Virus record (IMG/VR): IMGVR_UViG_3300033182_000652 | Span: 2,541-66,540 of that record | DNA: 64,000 nucleotides | Origin: a virus | Direction: 5' to 3' (one strand) | In this document: positions 48,629-58,406 of the stretch, piece by piece | Layout: each line of letters starts with the position of its first letter | How positions within the stretch are numbered: the stretch's first letter is position 1 | Made by a program: the position numbers and the translations under genes | The notes under the pieces: generated by a model | Database searches by the model: none | Told to the model about the DNA's origin: nothing | The model's input: only the letters and a program-made list of their open reading frames with translations

Positions 48629-49798
48629 TTAACTTAACCTAAAATCGTCTTGCAAGTCAAGGCTGTCGGCATCAGCCATGTCCTGATAGAGGGCTTTCAT
48701 CCTCTTCTTATGTGCAATAGTTTGTGGCCCAACGGGTGAAGGATTACCAACAACAGAATTGAGTAGCAAAGTTCTTACTAAATGGTCAATCGGGTAAGCG
48801 AAAGGATCTTTGTTATGTGACGTTCTAAACTTGTCCGCAAAAGAAAACGCTAAACGACGATAGTCAACATCATCAAAATGCGTTTCAATGCACTCTTTAA
48901 CACCATCCCAACCATTTGCGGCAAACTGATCCACAACTGCCTCAATATCATACTCCCCCCAAAGTTGGCGCTGAGTATCTATCTCGGGAAACACCTCAAC
49001 TAGTCGGTCATAAAACTCCGGCTCAGTTTTAACTACGTCAGTCAGCCTTCTAGCTGCCGTAGAAAACAAAGGCGTACCAACCCGTTGATTTGCACCACCT
49101 AACATGGCGTAATCATAGTACTTGCAGTAAGAAGCACCGTGTTCTTCAGTGATAAACTTCAGAACATCATCAGAAGTCCAATCGTAAATCACTTTAGCAA
49201 ACCTCAATGGTATTGCTTTAGGCAAGCCTTGAGGACGATTGATATAATTTTCGTGAAGCTTCTGAGTAACGGATCGGTAACGAACCATTGACTCATTCGC
49301 CCTTACCCCGGTAATAAACGCAGTACGGCCACGCTTCCCCTGCATTGTATACTCATCTATTCGTTTAGGAAGAGGTAGATTGCCAGACAACCCAAAGTGC
49401 TCGGCTCGAATACAGTTCGGCGGGAAGTCTCGGACCAGCATGCCACACTCTTCCCGAAACGCAGACCACAGTAAAACCAGTTCACGGGTACCCATGTACC
49501 AAACCTCTTGCAACTGAGGAAGGCAGTACCATTCCATGTCCACCCAGTCATAGTTACTTACTTTAGTAACAAACTCTTCCGCCGCAGGCGAAATAATTTC
49601 TTCGTCACGAAAAATCGCTTTGACAGGTCCAAGCCCGCGCTCTTCATGAACCTCTTTCGCAAGATACAACGCAGCGGTGCTATCTTTACCGCCACTAAAC
49701 TGAACACAAACCGTGTCAAAAATATCGTAGACGTGACGAATCCGCTGCCTAGCGGCCTCTACACAGTTTATGTCCAGATACATTTGCTTACGAGGCAT
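48629..49798 (-). CDS. PAPS reductase-like PP-loop protein (IbrA-like)
   Basis: FSGGKDS, FRDEE, GVRANES..RY, IYDW...DV. Confidence 0.85.
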   Translation of the reverse strand: MPRKQMYLDINCVEAARQRIRHVYDIFDTVCVQFSGGKDSTAALYLAKEVHEERGLGPVKAIFRDEEIISPAAEEFVTKVSNYDWVDMEWYCLPQLQEVWYMGTRELVLLWSAFREECGMLVRDFPPNCIRAEHFGLSGNLPLPKRIDEYTMQGKRGRTAFITGVRANESMVRYRSVTQKLHENYINRPQGLPKAIPLRFAKVIYDWTSDDVLKFITEEHGASYCKYYDYAMLGGANQRVGTPLFSTAARRLTDVVKTEPEFYDRLVEVFPEIDTQRQLWGEYDIEAVVDQFAANGWDGVKECIETHFDDVDYRRLAFSFADKFRTSHNKDPFAYPIDHLVRTLLLNSVVGNPSPVGPQTIAHKKRMKALYQDMADADSLDLQDDFRLS

Positions 49799-49803
49799 GC
49801 GAC

Positions 49804-50586
49804 TTACTCCAAATGCTGGTTAAAGAAATCAAACAAAAGCTCCGTCGTTGTAGCGCCCTCATATGCAGGACTTTCCTTCAACTTGTGAAGAATCCTATAC
49901 CACCCAGCCTGCTGATCGGTGTTTTCAAAAACAAGAGTAAACTGAATAGCGACGTTCTTGCTGCCCGAAGCCCCAACGGTCGTACTGCCTTGAGTTACGA
50001 TCGTGTCAGTACTTACACCTTCAGGATTAAACGTCTGAGTCGGAGCGTCATCTTTGCCGTCGCTTACAAAAGCAGGCAAGTTATTTTCTTCAGGAACCCT
50101 GTTTACCGTAATCTGTGGAGCAGTCCAACCATCGTTAGGAGCGCTTGATACCTGTGAAGAAATTACATTGTTTTCGATCGTGGCAATCGAAAAATCATCC
50201 CAACCGAGGGTGCTGTAAAAATCTTCGTCCAGGCTAACAGCATCCGACAGCAAGTCGATAAGAGCGCTTTCATCAGTCTCACCAAGCTCGGAAATCCTAT
50301 TGTCTGCCAACGAGAAGGCGAGGGCGTCTTCTGAATCTAAATCAACGATGGACACAGCAATTTCTTGCCAACCCAAACGCTTAGCTGCCTCTAGCTGATG
50401 ATTTCCTGCGATAACTAAGAGCTTGTCGTCATCTTCCACGGCGACAATTGGCTTTACTTGCCCAAACTTGTTGTAAGACGCCATGATTGCTTCAACGTTG
50501 CCACGACGTGCGTTAACCTCAAGAGGCTTCAGTAGCTCAATGTCTACAGCTAGGGACTGAATGTTTGAAGCGATGTTATGGATCAT
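49804..50586 (-). CDS. ParB N-terminal domain protein
   Basis: NAR.G, FGQVKPIV, IAGNHQLEAAK.LGW, LADNR. Confidence 0.8.
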   Translation of the reverse strand: MIHNIASNIQSLAVDIELLKPLEVNARRGNVEAIMASYNKFGQVKPIVAVEDDDKLLVIAGNHQLEAAKRLGWQEIAVSIVDLDSEDALAFSLADNRISELGETDESALIDLLSDAVSLDEDFYSTLGWDDFSIATIENNVISSQVSSAPNDGWTAPQITVNRVPEENNLPAFVSDGKDDAPTQTFNPEGVSTDTIVTQGSTTVGASGSKNVAIQFTLVFENTDQQAGWYRILHKLKESPAYEGATTTELLFDFFNQHLE

Positions 50587-51197
50587 GACGGCGCATACCC
50601 CATAACTGCACACTGCCAATGCCAATAACCAACGACAGGCCAAGTGATATTGTTTTCATTATCCTTCCAAGATTTCATTCCGACGTTTTTCTCCACTTTA
50701 TCGGTAAACACATTACACTCATCAAATACTGTAGACATTATTGAAAGCATTCTCTTTTCATGACAGTTCCAGTGATGAGCAGCACCGTCCCACCACTCGG
50801 GGGTATTTGTGGAGTAGGCATCAGAATTTATGAACGATGTATACCCTCCGTACACGTCCTGATGCTCCATAACGGATTCAACCATATGCCAAGGCTCTTC
50901 ACCGTTTTTCCAGCGTTGTATAGTTCTATAAACATCTGGACCCACAGCAAGTACAGGAGCATTAGGTTTAGCAATCCTATTCATATCCTGTAAGAAAGGA
51001 AGAACGTCGTGCCAATCAATATGCTCCAGAACGTGGCCAAGAAATATGGCGTCAAAAGTATCATCATCGAATGGGTATGGCTGACCGGGTTCTACAAGAA
51101 CATCAGGCTTAGTCGCATGATCCTCCCAAACGTCTGTGTTTGTCCATCCTTCAGCGTAGTGTGTACCACATCCCACATTAAGTAGCTGCTTTTCCAT
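50583..51197 (-). CDS. Class I SAM methyltransferase-like protein
   Basis: LNVGCG, PFDDDTFDAIFLGHVLEHI. Confidence 0.8.
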   Translation of the reverse strand: MEKQLLNVGCGTHYAEGWTNTDVWEDHATKPDVLVEPGQPYPFDDDTFDAIFLGHVLEHIDWHDVLPFLQDMNRIAKPNAPVLAVGPDVYRTIQRWKNGEEPWHMVESVMEHQDVYGGYTSFINSDAYSTNTPEWWDGAAHHWNCHEKRMLSIMSTVFDECNVFTDKVEKNVGMKSWKDNENNITWPVVGYWHWQCAVMGYAPS

Positions 51198-51206
51198 GTC
51201 GTTCTC

Positions 51207-51557
51207 CTAAAACTTGACTTGTGATCTTACGTTTGCGGCAATCGTACGCAAAGCATCACATGCCGTTCGTAGCGAATGAAGACGTTCACGCTTTGCCTTA
51301 ACCAAGGCTTCAGCGATCATTGAATCGTACTGAAGATCACTTGTCTTGTAACCCGCCCAGCTTTCTTTCTGCTTAACAGCGCCTTCCGCTGCTAAATATT
51401 CTTTGTACCAAGCACTCTTATAGGACGCTTCTTTTTGGGCATGATCCTTACACAGGATCTCAAACGCTTCAGTTTCTTGCTCAATTTCGCCAATCAAGCG
51501 GACAAGTTCAGACTCAACTTCAACCTGACTGATTGGCGCAGTTCTCGTACTATTCAT
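51207..51557 (-). CDS. Coiled-coil hypothetical protein
   Basis: Leaderless TAGAAT-N6-ATG. Confidence 0.7.
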   Translation of the reverse strand: MNSTRTAPISQVEVESELVRLIGEIEQETEAFEILCKDHAQKEASYKSAWYKEYLAAEGAVKQKESWAGYKTSDLQYDSMIAEALVKAKRERLHSLRTACDALRTIAANVRSQVKF

Positions 51558-51566
51558 GTCGCTATT

Positions 51567-51947
51567 CTATCCGTTTCCACTCATCTCGTCAATAATAGAC
51601 TGCAGTCGTTCAACTTCGCTACCCCAATCAACTTTCACGCCCGAAACGCCACGTTCCAGCAAATCGTCTAAATGCTCTCTACCTAGCTCGTCTTCAAGCC
51701 ACCTCGCCCAAACCAGCGGGTTTTTAGATTGCTTCCAATGGCACGACGCACACAACGCAACGGCATTCCTTTCATCAGTCCTAGTAGCCGAGATAGACCG
51801 ACTGATTATGTGAGCGCACTGTATCTGCTTGCCGTCATCTTTATGAACGCCACACCAGCGACAGCGGAACCCATCACGAGTCCTTACAAGCAAACTGTGT
51901 AGCTTTGTAGCCTTAGCTTTAGCCGCTGTCCCGTAATTGGCAGCCAT
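51567..51947 (-). CDS. NinG-like HNH nuclease
   Basis: VRTRD..CRWCG, QCAHIISR, NAVALCASCH. Confidence 0.75.
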   Translation of the reverse strand: MAANYGTAAKAKATKLHSLLVRTRDGFRCRWCGVHKDDGKQIQCAHIISRSISATRTDERNAVALCASCHWKQSKNPLVWARWLEDELGREHLDDLLERGVSGVKVDWGSEVERLQSIIDEMSGNG

Positions 51948-51948
51948 C

Positions 51949-52848
51949 TCACAACGGAATGTTTTGGTTGATTGGGAAGAACCATCCACCACCATCATAC
52001 TGATGCGCTTGCGGCATATCGGGACGATGATTCACACCCGAATAATGAAGAATTGCTGTCTCTCGCCACAAGTCAGGATTGTTTGGAATAGAGCCACGAT
52101 GCATCAAACGAGCATGCCAAATCAACACATCACCCTTCTTGGCAATAAACTTTTCAGTCTCAAGATTGCCGCGATTTAGGATATCTTCAAACATGGGAGT
52201 GAGGAAACGCTCCGAGTACTTAGGCCAGTTAGGATCATCTCGCTCATGCGGCTCTAGCCTAGCCATCGTCGCATCTTGAGTAATCACAGGAAGAACATGA
52301 CTGCCCGGAACATACTCAAATGGACCAGAATCCTCGTGCACGTCATCCAACGCAACCCACACAGCCAAGTAATGATCTTTATTAGTGTCCGGATTCAAGT
52401 AGCCGTCCTGATGCCAGTTGCGTTGTGTGGACTTCCAGCCAGTCAAGTTCAAATGAATACCCATCTGATCGCCAATAAGATGCTCAAGGATATTATGCAA
52501 TGGGGCGTAAGTGGCGATGTTCATTAGGCTTTCTACCTGAAAGTAAGCACACTCGCCAGGGTAACCCAAAGGGCGGTCGTGGTTGACACGATTGTGTTGA
52601 ATCCAGTCTTGGCGGTATGCTTCAATCATGTCGTCAGGAATCAACGAGTCAACGATTACAACACCGTTCTGGCGCCACCCCTGCTGAATATTAGACAGGA
52701 ACGCTTCGTTAACATTCTCCCTATCTAGAAATGGAAGATCGCTATCAGCGAATCCTCCAGATAGGCTATTGATTTCATCTAATAGATCAGGATGCTCCGT
52801 CAGAGCCGAACCAATAAGGTTCTGCAGGAGTTCCTTTTTTCCAGGCAT
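51949..52848 (-). CDS. PhyH-family dioxygenase
   Basis: WHQD, WVALDD...SGP..YVPGSH, GDVLIWH..LMHRG. Confidence 0.88.
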   Translation of the reverse strand: MPGKKELLQNLIGSALTEHPDLLDEINSLSGGFADSDLPFLDRENVNEAFLSNIQQGWRQNGVVIVDSLIPDDMIEAYRQDWIQHNRVNHDRPLGYPGECAYFQVESLMNIATYAPLHNILEHLIGDQMGIHLNLTGWKSTQRNWHQDGYLNPDTNKDHYLAVWVALDDVHEDSGPFEYVPGSHVLPVITQDATMARLEPHERDDPNWPKYSERFLTPMFEDILNRGNLETEKFIAKKGDVLIWHARLMHRGSIPNNPDLWRETAILHYSGVNHRPDMPQAHQYDGGGWFFPINQNIPL

Positions 52849-53272
52849 TTCTTACCCTTTCTGCTTCGAGAAAATGCGACATTTTGTTTGATGTGCTTTT
52901 TAAATGAAGGCCAAGCATTTCAGAAATTAAAGGTTCTGTAGTTATTCTACTATGACACGGCCTACACACCGCAAGTAGATTTTCGTGATTCAAGATGCTG
53001 CCACCTTGTGATCTGTTTACGAGTTCATGAATGTCTTTACTTCTATGGCGAATAGCGAACAGCGATTCACTACTGCCAGTATAGTAGTCGTAAGACGCCC
53101 AAACTAGGCAAGCTTCACAATACTGGCGATCAGAAAGCAATTCCTTAACAGTCTTTCGACGGTCAACGTACTTTTCAGACATCTTGTCAGAACGCTTCTT
53201 TAAAGGCGTTCTCTTTAACTGACTACTTCCACGCTTCAACGGCGTTCTCTTTAAAGGTTTGCCTCGCTTCAT
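52787..53272 (-). CDS. HNH endonuclease-like protein
   Basis: LKRTPLK repeats, CEAC, DIHE...RSQGG, NLLAVCRPCH. Confidence 0.75.
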   Translation of the reverse strand: MKRGKPLKRTPLKRGSSQLKRTPLKKRSDKMSEKYVDRRKTVKELLSDRQYCEACLVWASYDYYTGSSESLFAIRHRSKDIHELVNRSQGGSILNHENLLAVCRPCHSRITTEPLISEMLGLHLKSTSNKMSHFLEAERVRNAWKKGTPAEPYWFGSDGAS

Positions 53273-54366
53273 CTTGCACGCTTCACTAAGTTATTGATTG
53301 TTTTAATAAGACGAGTCGCCCCGATCCTTACATCAAATTTCTTGACCCGCTTCCAATTCAAATCTGAAATTTCTTGCCGATAATCAACGTCTTGGTACTT
53401 CTTCAAAAGCTTTACGAAATCCTTCGGGTCACGAGCAATCTCACCGATGCCATGTACTTCCGCTAGCTCTTCATACTGAGGTGACCAAGACGCCACAAAC
53501 GGAACACCTCCACAAGCATACTCAAGACCCTTGATGTAAGACTTGGCATGGTTGAAAGGAATATTTGTAAGCGGCACAATCCCTACATCAAAGAGGAAAC
53601 CCTTCTCCAGCTCATAAGGAGCTAAGAAGGGATGGGTCGTTACACAACCCGCACTAACTTTAATTTCCTTATGGAACAAAGGAATGTTGGGAGCCTGCAT
53701 ATGTCCAGTATGATGCCACGTAGCAAACTTGCTGATAGAATCTGAATAAGGCTGAAGAATCTCCAAATCACCACTTCTATGGGCAGTAGACCCCATCCAT
53801 CCTACAACCATCTTATCGCTACGTTTTTCGTGAATGCGGCGAGTGGCATACTTTGAACGATTCACATAGTTGCCATGCAGCATAGTATTCGGATTCCACT
53901 CCTTCATTTTTTGATGAAGAAATGGAGTAGACGTAATGATCCCGTCACACTGCTCCAAAATGTTCTTATACCACAAAACATTTTCGTTCTTGTTCAACTC
54001 CGGATCTGAAGCTGCCTTGGCCTGATTCTTATCACTAAGACCCCAATACCAATCATCTACATCATTCAAAATGATCTGCCCAGCCGCCTGCGCACGTTTC
54101 ATATCAGGAAGCACCTGCATATGCATGTAACGCTGCATAACAATCACATCACAATCAAAATAGTCATGCCCATCCCACGCATGCACGCCGAACGTTCCGG
54201 TCAACTTGTTCTGCGCCAAGATACCAATCACGACATTATAACCAGCGTCACGCAAAGGCTTAATATACTGCCCAATGCGAATAAAGCCAGAACCGCCAAT
54301 CACAGGATGCCCCATAGTATCCGTAGCACTACGAGACCAGTCGTTCGTGGCAAACCCAATCTTCAT
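53269..54366 (-). CDS. Glycosyltransferase (GT-B fold)
   Basis: DVDDW, GWMGS.AH..D, DVGIVPL...FN.AKS.IK.LEY...GVP.VAS. Confidence 0.85.
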   Translation of the reverse strand: MKIGFATNDWSRSATDTMGHPVIGGSGFIRIGQYIKPLRDAGYNVVIGILAQNKLTGTFGVHAWDGHDYFDCDVIVMQRYMHMQVLPDMKRAQAAGQIILNDVDDWYWGLSDKNQAKAASDPELNKNENVLWYKNILEQCDGIITSTPFLHQKMKEWNPNTMLHGNYVNRSKYATRRIHEKRSDKMVVGWMGSTAHRSGDLEILQPYSDSISKFATWHHTGHMQAPNIPLFHKEIKVSAGCVTTHPFLAPYELEKGFLFDVGIVPLTNIPFNHAKSYIKGLEYACGGVPFVASWSPQYEELAEVHGIGEIARDPKDFVKLLKKYQDVDYRQEISDLNWKRVKKFDVRIGATRLIKTINNLVKRAR

Positions 54367-54824
54367 TAGAAACCCCAAACCCCGTCTAACGCTTTATACA
54401 AGCAATCATCGCCTTCTGAATTAACCATGTCGTTATCTATATGCCACTGCTTGTGAGCTAAAATTGCATTTCGCAAAAACGTGGCAAGCGAAAGTTCAGG
54501 GTCGGCTTCTTCTCCGAGAGTAAGCAACCTGTCTACTTCGACCAAGCGCTTTTCCGCATAAAACCGGAACCGTGCGGCTTTGTCACGCTGTTCTTCTAAC
54601 CCAGCAGCAGGGTCGATCGTGAAGGTAGTGTATGTTCCACGAAGACGAGCAATCTCTTCGTCCAAACTTGTAATCTTTGCTGTGACTGTTTCAACGATCG
54701 TAATTAAAGCGTCTCTCCACTTTAACTGATTCTCTGGCAGACGAAGAAAGTCTTTATCCTGCTGAGAAGCATTGTTCTTAATATCTTCAGACACCAACAT
54801 TGCAAAGTTATCGTTCTGCGACAT
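54366..54824 (-). CDS. Hypothetical protein
   Basis: 152 aa, GGAGG RBS. Confidence 0.7.
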   Translation of the reverse strand: MSQNDNFAMLVSEDIKNNASQQDKDFLRLPENQLKWRDALITIVETVTAKITSLDEEIARLRGTYTTFTIDPAAGLEEQRDKAARFRFYAEKRLVEVDRLLTLGEEADPELSLATFLRNAILAHKQWHIDNDMVNSEGDDCLYKALDGVWGF

Positions 54825-54827
54825 GAC

Positions 54828-55622
54828 TCAGCTACCTCCAAACTCAGGACAGATATGCTGATAATCGCACCAGTTACAAAGAGGACCAGTCCGGGTTTCA
54901 AACTCGCCCGACTCACACATGGACTTCACTTGATCCCATGTGTTACGAACCTCAACACGAACAGCGTTCTCAAGCTCTTCGTCCACTTTATAACGGGCAA
55001 ACTGGCCAGACTTAACATAGAGCAGCTCTGCACGCTTAATGTCCATACCTGTCATCTCTTTGAGAAGAATGCTGTAGATCGTAATCTGCATCTTCTTCTC
55101 CCACTCGTACTGCTTGCGAGGCTTCTTGCCTGTCTTATAATCCGAGATTACTAGCTTGCCGTCCTCAATCGTGTAACGGTCAATGATGCCAAAGATCGGT
55201 ACACCGTCAATATCGCCATCCATCTTGGCTTCAATGCCTTCAGCGTCAAACTTCGTGGGGTCTTCCATACCGAAGTAGTTTTCGATACACCACCACGCCT
55301 TCCACTTGAAGTTATTAGGATCATCGTCACGGTCGTCTAAACCAAAGTACTCATCAGCCCACTTCGACTCCCACAAGCTCTTCGCAAGACTGCTCGCAGA
55401 CTTTTCCGTTCGCTCTTCTGCTGGCAGCTTGAACAACTCTTCTAGCACTTCATGTACAAAAGAGCCAAGCACTTGAGGTTCTGTGGAGACACTCGGGAGC
55501 TTGTCCAGCTTGGCGTACTTGTACTTCAGAGGACACTGCTGAAAAGTACTAATCGAACTTGGCGACATGTACTTCGGGAACTCATAAGGTACCGGATCAA
55601 TCGGTAGAGGACTCTGCATCAT
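54828..55622 (-). CDS. RecB-like PD-(D/E)XK nuclease
   Basis: SPSS...F.QCP, G.IDR, DYKTGK, Q...Y, C.WCDY...CP. Confidence 0.88.
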   Translation of the reverse strand: MMQSPLPIDPVPYEFPKYMSPSSISTFQQCPLKYKYAKLDKLPSVSTEPQVLGSFVHEVLEELFKLPAEERTEKSASSLAKSLWESKWADEYFGLDDRDDDPNNFKWKAWWCIENYFGMEDPTKFDAEGIEAKMDGDIDGVPIFGIIDRYTIEDGKLVISDYKTGKKPRKQYEWEKKMQITIYSILLKEMTGMDIKRAELLYVKSGQFARYKVDEELENAVRVEVRNTWDQVKSMCESGEFETRTGPLCNWCDYQHICPEFGGS

Positions 55623-56260
55623 TGTGCTTCAGCATTACGTAGCGACTTTACAAAAACCAAAATCTTCTGAAGAAGATCGTTCGTGACGTTTGCGTTCACA
55701 AACTCTTTGCCTTCCGAGATAGTCGCCCAATACTCCTTACACTTTACAACGTGTTCCTGATCTAGAGAATTAAGAAGTTCTCGTAGCTTTGCAAAATGCT
55801 CTTCCGCTACAGGCTTATCAGACATCTCTTCAACATATTCGAGATTCATTGCCTCTTCGGAACGGGCAAGATAAATACCGACGCCGAGATGCTGCGCCGC
55901 CTTCTTGAGAGCGTCTGAAACGGCCCCCTTCATTTCGTCGCCCAGATCAACAATGTCTCCAGCCCGTGTACGCTTAATCTTCTGCCCACCAATGCCGTCC
56001 TTGACAACGGTAAGGGCAGGTGCGCTGTCTGTGGGCACAAACGTGGCCGTCAGACGTACATGAGCCACAATATAGTCAGGGTCTAGTGAGTCTCTCGCGC
56101 AAGAGACAACCTCATACGACCACATGTCTACACCCAGTACCTTGTTTAGGCGCGTGATGACTTCACTAACCGGGATGTATGTTAGAGAAGCGCCGCCCTT
56201 CTTTAGCTGGCGCTCAACCTCTCTCGGAAAAGGCTCCGACAATGCTTGCAAAATACTCAC
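55619..56260 (-). CDS. Rad52/Rad22-family single-strand annealing protein
   Basis: LTYI....VITRLNKVLG...W, KGAVSDALKKAA..LGVG.YL. Confidence 0.88.
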   Translation of the reverse strand: MSILQALSEPFPREVERQLKKGGASLTYIPVSEVITRLNKVLGVDMWSYEVVSCARDSLDPDYIVAHVRLTATFVPTDSAPALTVVKDGIGGQKIKRTRAGDIVDLGDEMKGAVSDALKKAAQHLGVGIYLARSEEAMNLEYVEEMSDKPVAEEHFAKLRELLNSLDQEHVVKCKEYWATISEGKEFVNANVTNDLLQKILVFVKSLRNAEAQ

Positions 56261-56775
56261 TTATCTCTCCTAATAACTAGACTCTTCTTCGGTTCTCCAA
56301 CTTCGCAGTAGTCATCTGCGTCAATATGAAGATCTTTCAAGTTACCGACCTTCCAATAAGAAACGCCCATGTACTCCATAGCGTGCTGAATCATCTCCTG
56401 CGACGACATGGTAATTTCGCCAGTCTCCATATCCACGCTCTTATCAACGATCCGGCGACTCACTTCGTTCATCAGCGCCTTATGATCCCACGTCTTGCGT
56501 GCAGAACCAGACTTAATTTCTACCGTGGCCCCATCAACAGCCACGGGAGTGGGAAGACTGCCGATCTTCTCAGTCAACAGAGACTGAAGCTCATTAAACA
56601 ACTCAGTAGCATACGACTTAACTAAGTGAGCGTCGCTAGCAAGCTGCATCATCTCTTCAACAGACGCATAATCCAAGTTTGAGATACCGTCCATCTCTCG
56701 GATGTCGCTCTCAAAACTTCGCAGTGCTGTGAAAGCTTCCTGTAGCGAATGCGTCGGATTTTCTAGTACAGACAT
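56257..56775 (-). CDS. Hypothetical protein of the recombination operon
   Basis: 172 aa, coupled to the annealing gene. Confidence 0.7.
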   Translation of the reverse strand: MSVLENPTHSLQEAFTALRSFESDIREMDGISNLDYASVEEMMQLASDAHLVKSYATELFNELQSLLTEKIGSLPTPVAVDGATVEIKSGSARKTWDHKALMNEVSRRIVDKSVDMETGEITMSSQEMIQHAMEYMGVSYWKVGNLKDLHIDADDYCEVGEPKKSLVIRRDK

Positions 56776-56808
56776 TATGTTTCCTTAGTAAATAGTAACA
56801 AGCCTATT

Positions 56809-57201
56809 TTAGTCTTCTTCCAAGAGCTTGTCAATCAAAATGTCAATGTTGGTTGTCTCTGTAGGGACATCTTCTGTAAGTATCAAAGCATCAATAATGT
56901 TTTCTAAAGCTTCAATCAATAACTCTTTGGAACGTTCACGCACATACTCTTCTTGATCGACTTGAGTGGATTCCAACTCATCAAGCTCCCGAATAATGTC
57001 CGAAACAATTTTTGAATCAAACTCGGAATTTAAAAACTCGTCCGCAAGACCAACCAGCATGTAATCCTCATCCCACAACAATACTTTGTAATCTTTACCA
57101 TCAAGAGTAACAGCCTTACTGACAACAAACTGGATTCTGGTGCCGCTGCGTTCAAGAACAGCTAAAGTATCGTGGGACATAGACTCGTCATCCAGCATCA
57201 T
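56809..57201 (-). CDS. Acidic hypothetical protein
   Basis: 130 aa, overlaps the whiB stop. Confidence 0.65.
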   Translation of the reverse strand: MMLDDESMSHDTLAVLERSGTRIQFVVSKAVTLDGKDYKVLLWDEDYMLVGLADEFLNSEFDSKIVSDIIRELDELESTQVDQEEYVRERSKELLIEALENIIDALILTEDVPTETTNIDILIDKLLEED

Positions 57202-57424
57202 GCTCCACCAACCTCGCTAGCTCCGGTCCCGTTTTACCTCCCCAAACACCGATGGTGATGCCCTCTGAAACGGCAAACTTCAAACATTCAGAACGATGAC
57301 TGCATTCAGAATTGCATACCTTGACAGCAAGACGCCGGTTCAACGGTTTCGATGAGAAAAACAAACGATCTTGCCCAGAACACGGAGAATCTTTGAACCA
57401 AGACGGTGACTTAACTACAAACAT
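57188..57424 (-). CDS. whiB: WhiB-family transcription factor
   Basis: Four Cys (C..FF..A..VC..C....CL..A) and GVWGG. Confidence 0.88.
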   Translation of the reverse strand: MFVVKSPSWFKDSPCSGQDRLFFSSKPLNRRLAVKVCNSECSHRSECLKFAVSEGITIGVWGGKTGPELARLVEHDAG

Positions 57425-57495
57425 TTGACTCCTTTTCGATCAGTAACAAAAATATTATAAATCTTTCATGTCAAGCAAACCAGAAGAAACGCTGC

Positions 57496-57524
57496 TTGAC
57501 TGACAGCAGCCAGAACGGTAGGCT
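57496..57524 (+). promoter_or_regulatory. Sigma-A-like promoter facing a non-coding region
   Basis: TTGACT(57496)-N17-TAGGCT(57519). Confidence 0.75.
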
Positions 57525-57530
57525 ACCTGC

Positions 57531-58012
57531 AAACTACAGAAGGAGACACACGCCACAAGACTGAATCCGGGAAATCCCGATGACATAAACGTTCACTAAA
57601 GGACCGGTGGGTTACACTTGTTACGCAACTGGTACTTACACGATCGGTAAGTTACACTTGTTACGCAACTGGTACTTACACGATTAAGAGGGCACGCCTG
57701 CCCAAAGAGGAACGATATGGATCACACGATACACTGGAACAACATCCTTGACGGGATGCCAGTCACTGCACGGAGAACATCAAGCCTTGAGGAACAGGTT
57801 CGGAACAAGCAAACGCCCATGCGGTTCCGGCACACGGGCTACTAGAGCCATATCTAGGGAGAGTGGGCATCACTGAAAAAATAGGCGGTGTTTGGGGTCC
57901 ATGAAGTGAACAGCCTTGAATAAACCAATTGGGTTCGTCCCGTCCTCTCGTGCGCTAGCGTCAACTACCACACGAAAGGGAGGGACCTCCATGCCAAAAA
58001 AAACACTTCAGG
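57531..58012 (+). ncRNA. Candidate structured non-coding RNA (or origin-associated transcript)
   Basis: Promoter upstream, no ORF of 60 aa or more, several hairpins, duplicated stem-loop with G.U-compatible changes. Confidence 0.45.
57605..57684 (+). repeat. 40-bp tandem duplication (38/40 identical)
   Basis: cggtRRgttacacttgttacgcaactggtacttacacgat x2. Confidence 0.95.
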
Positions 58013-58016
58013 GCAG

Positions 58017-58385
58017 TCACTTCAAAATACTACGTAACTGCTGAGCATCAATAAATATGGTTGCAGTACTGCCCCTCAACTCAACCTGATCCAAAGACAC
58101 ATCAAAATGCGAAGCAAGCGTAGCCTTTGCTTTCAACTCCTCCATTGGATCGTAATGATCAAAAAAGTCACGATCTTCCCTGTTTTCAGATAGTGCTTCC
58201 ATGAGCGTTAACGGAGCAGGGGGAGCGATACAAGTCTTACAACACAAGCGATCCTCGCTGACCTTGGGCTTCCGGGCGCTGGCAACAGTGTGCCCACATT
58301 CTAACTCAATATGCCATTTAGTTTTTCCGTACTCACCCAGACGTACTGCCTGAGTGACCAACCGCTTCGGTCCACGTTTCTCCAT
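58017..58385 (-). CDS. Zn-finger-like hypothetical protein
   Basis: LECGH...C..C; leaderless TAGAAT-N6-ATG. Confidence 0.7.
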   Translation of the reverse strand: MEKRGPKRLVTQAVRLGEYGKTKWHIELECGHTVASARKPKVSEDRLCCKTCIAPPAPLTLMEALSENREDRDFFDHYDPMEELKAKATLASHFDVSLDQVELRGSTATIFIDAQQLRSILK

Positions 58386-58406
58386 ACATTTATTCTACAA
58401 GCACAC

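Noticed and set aside
57605-57684. Mini CRISPR array
   Set aside because: The two 34-bp identical cores are separated by only 6 bp, so there is no spacer, and no cas genes are present.
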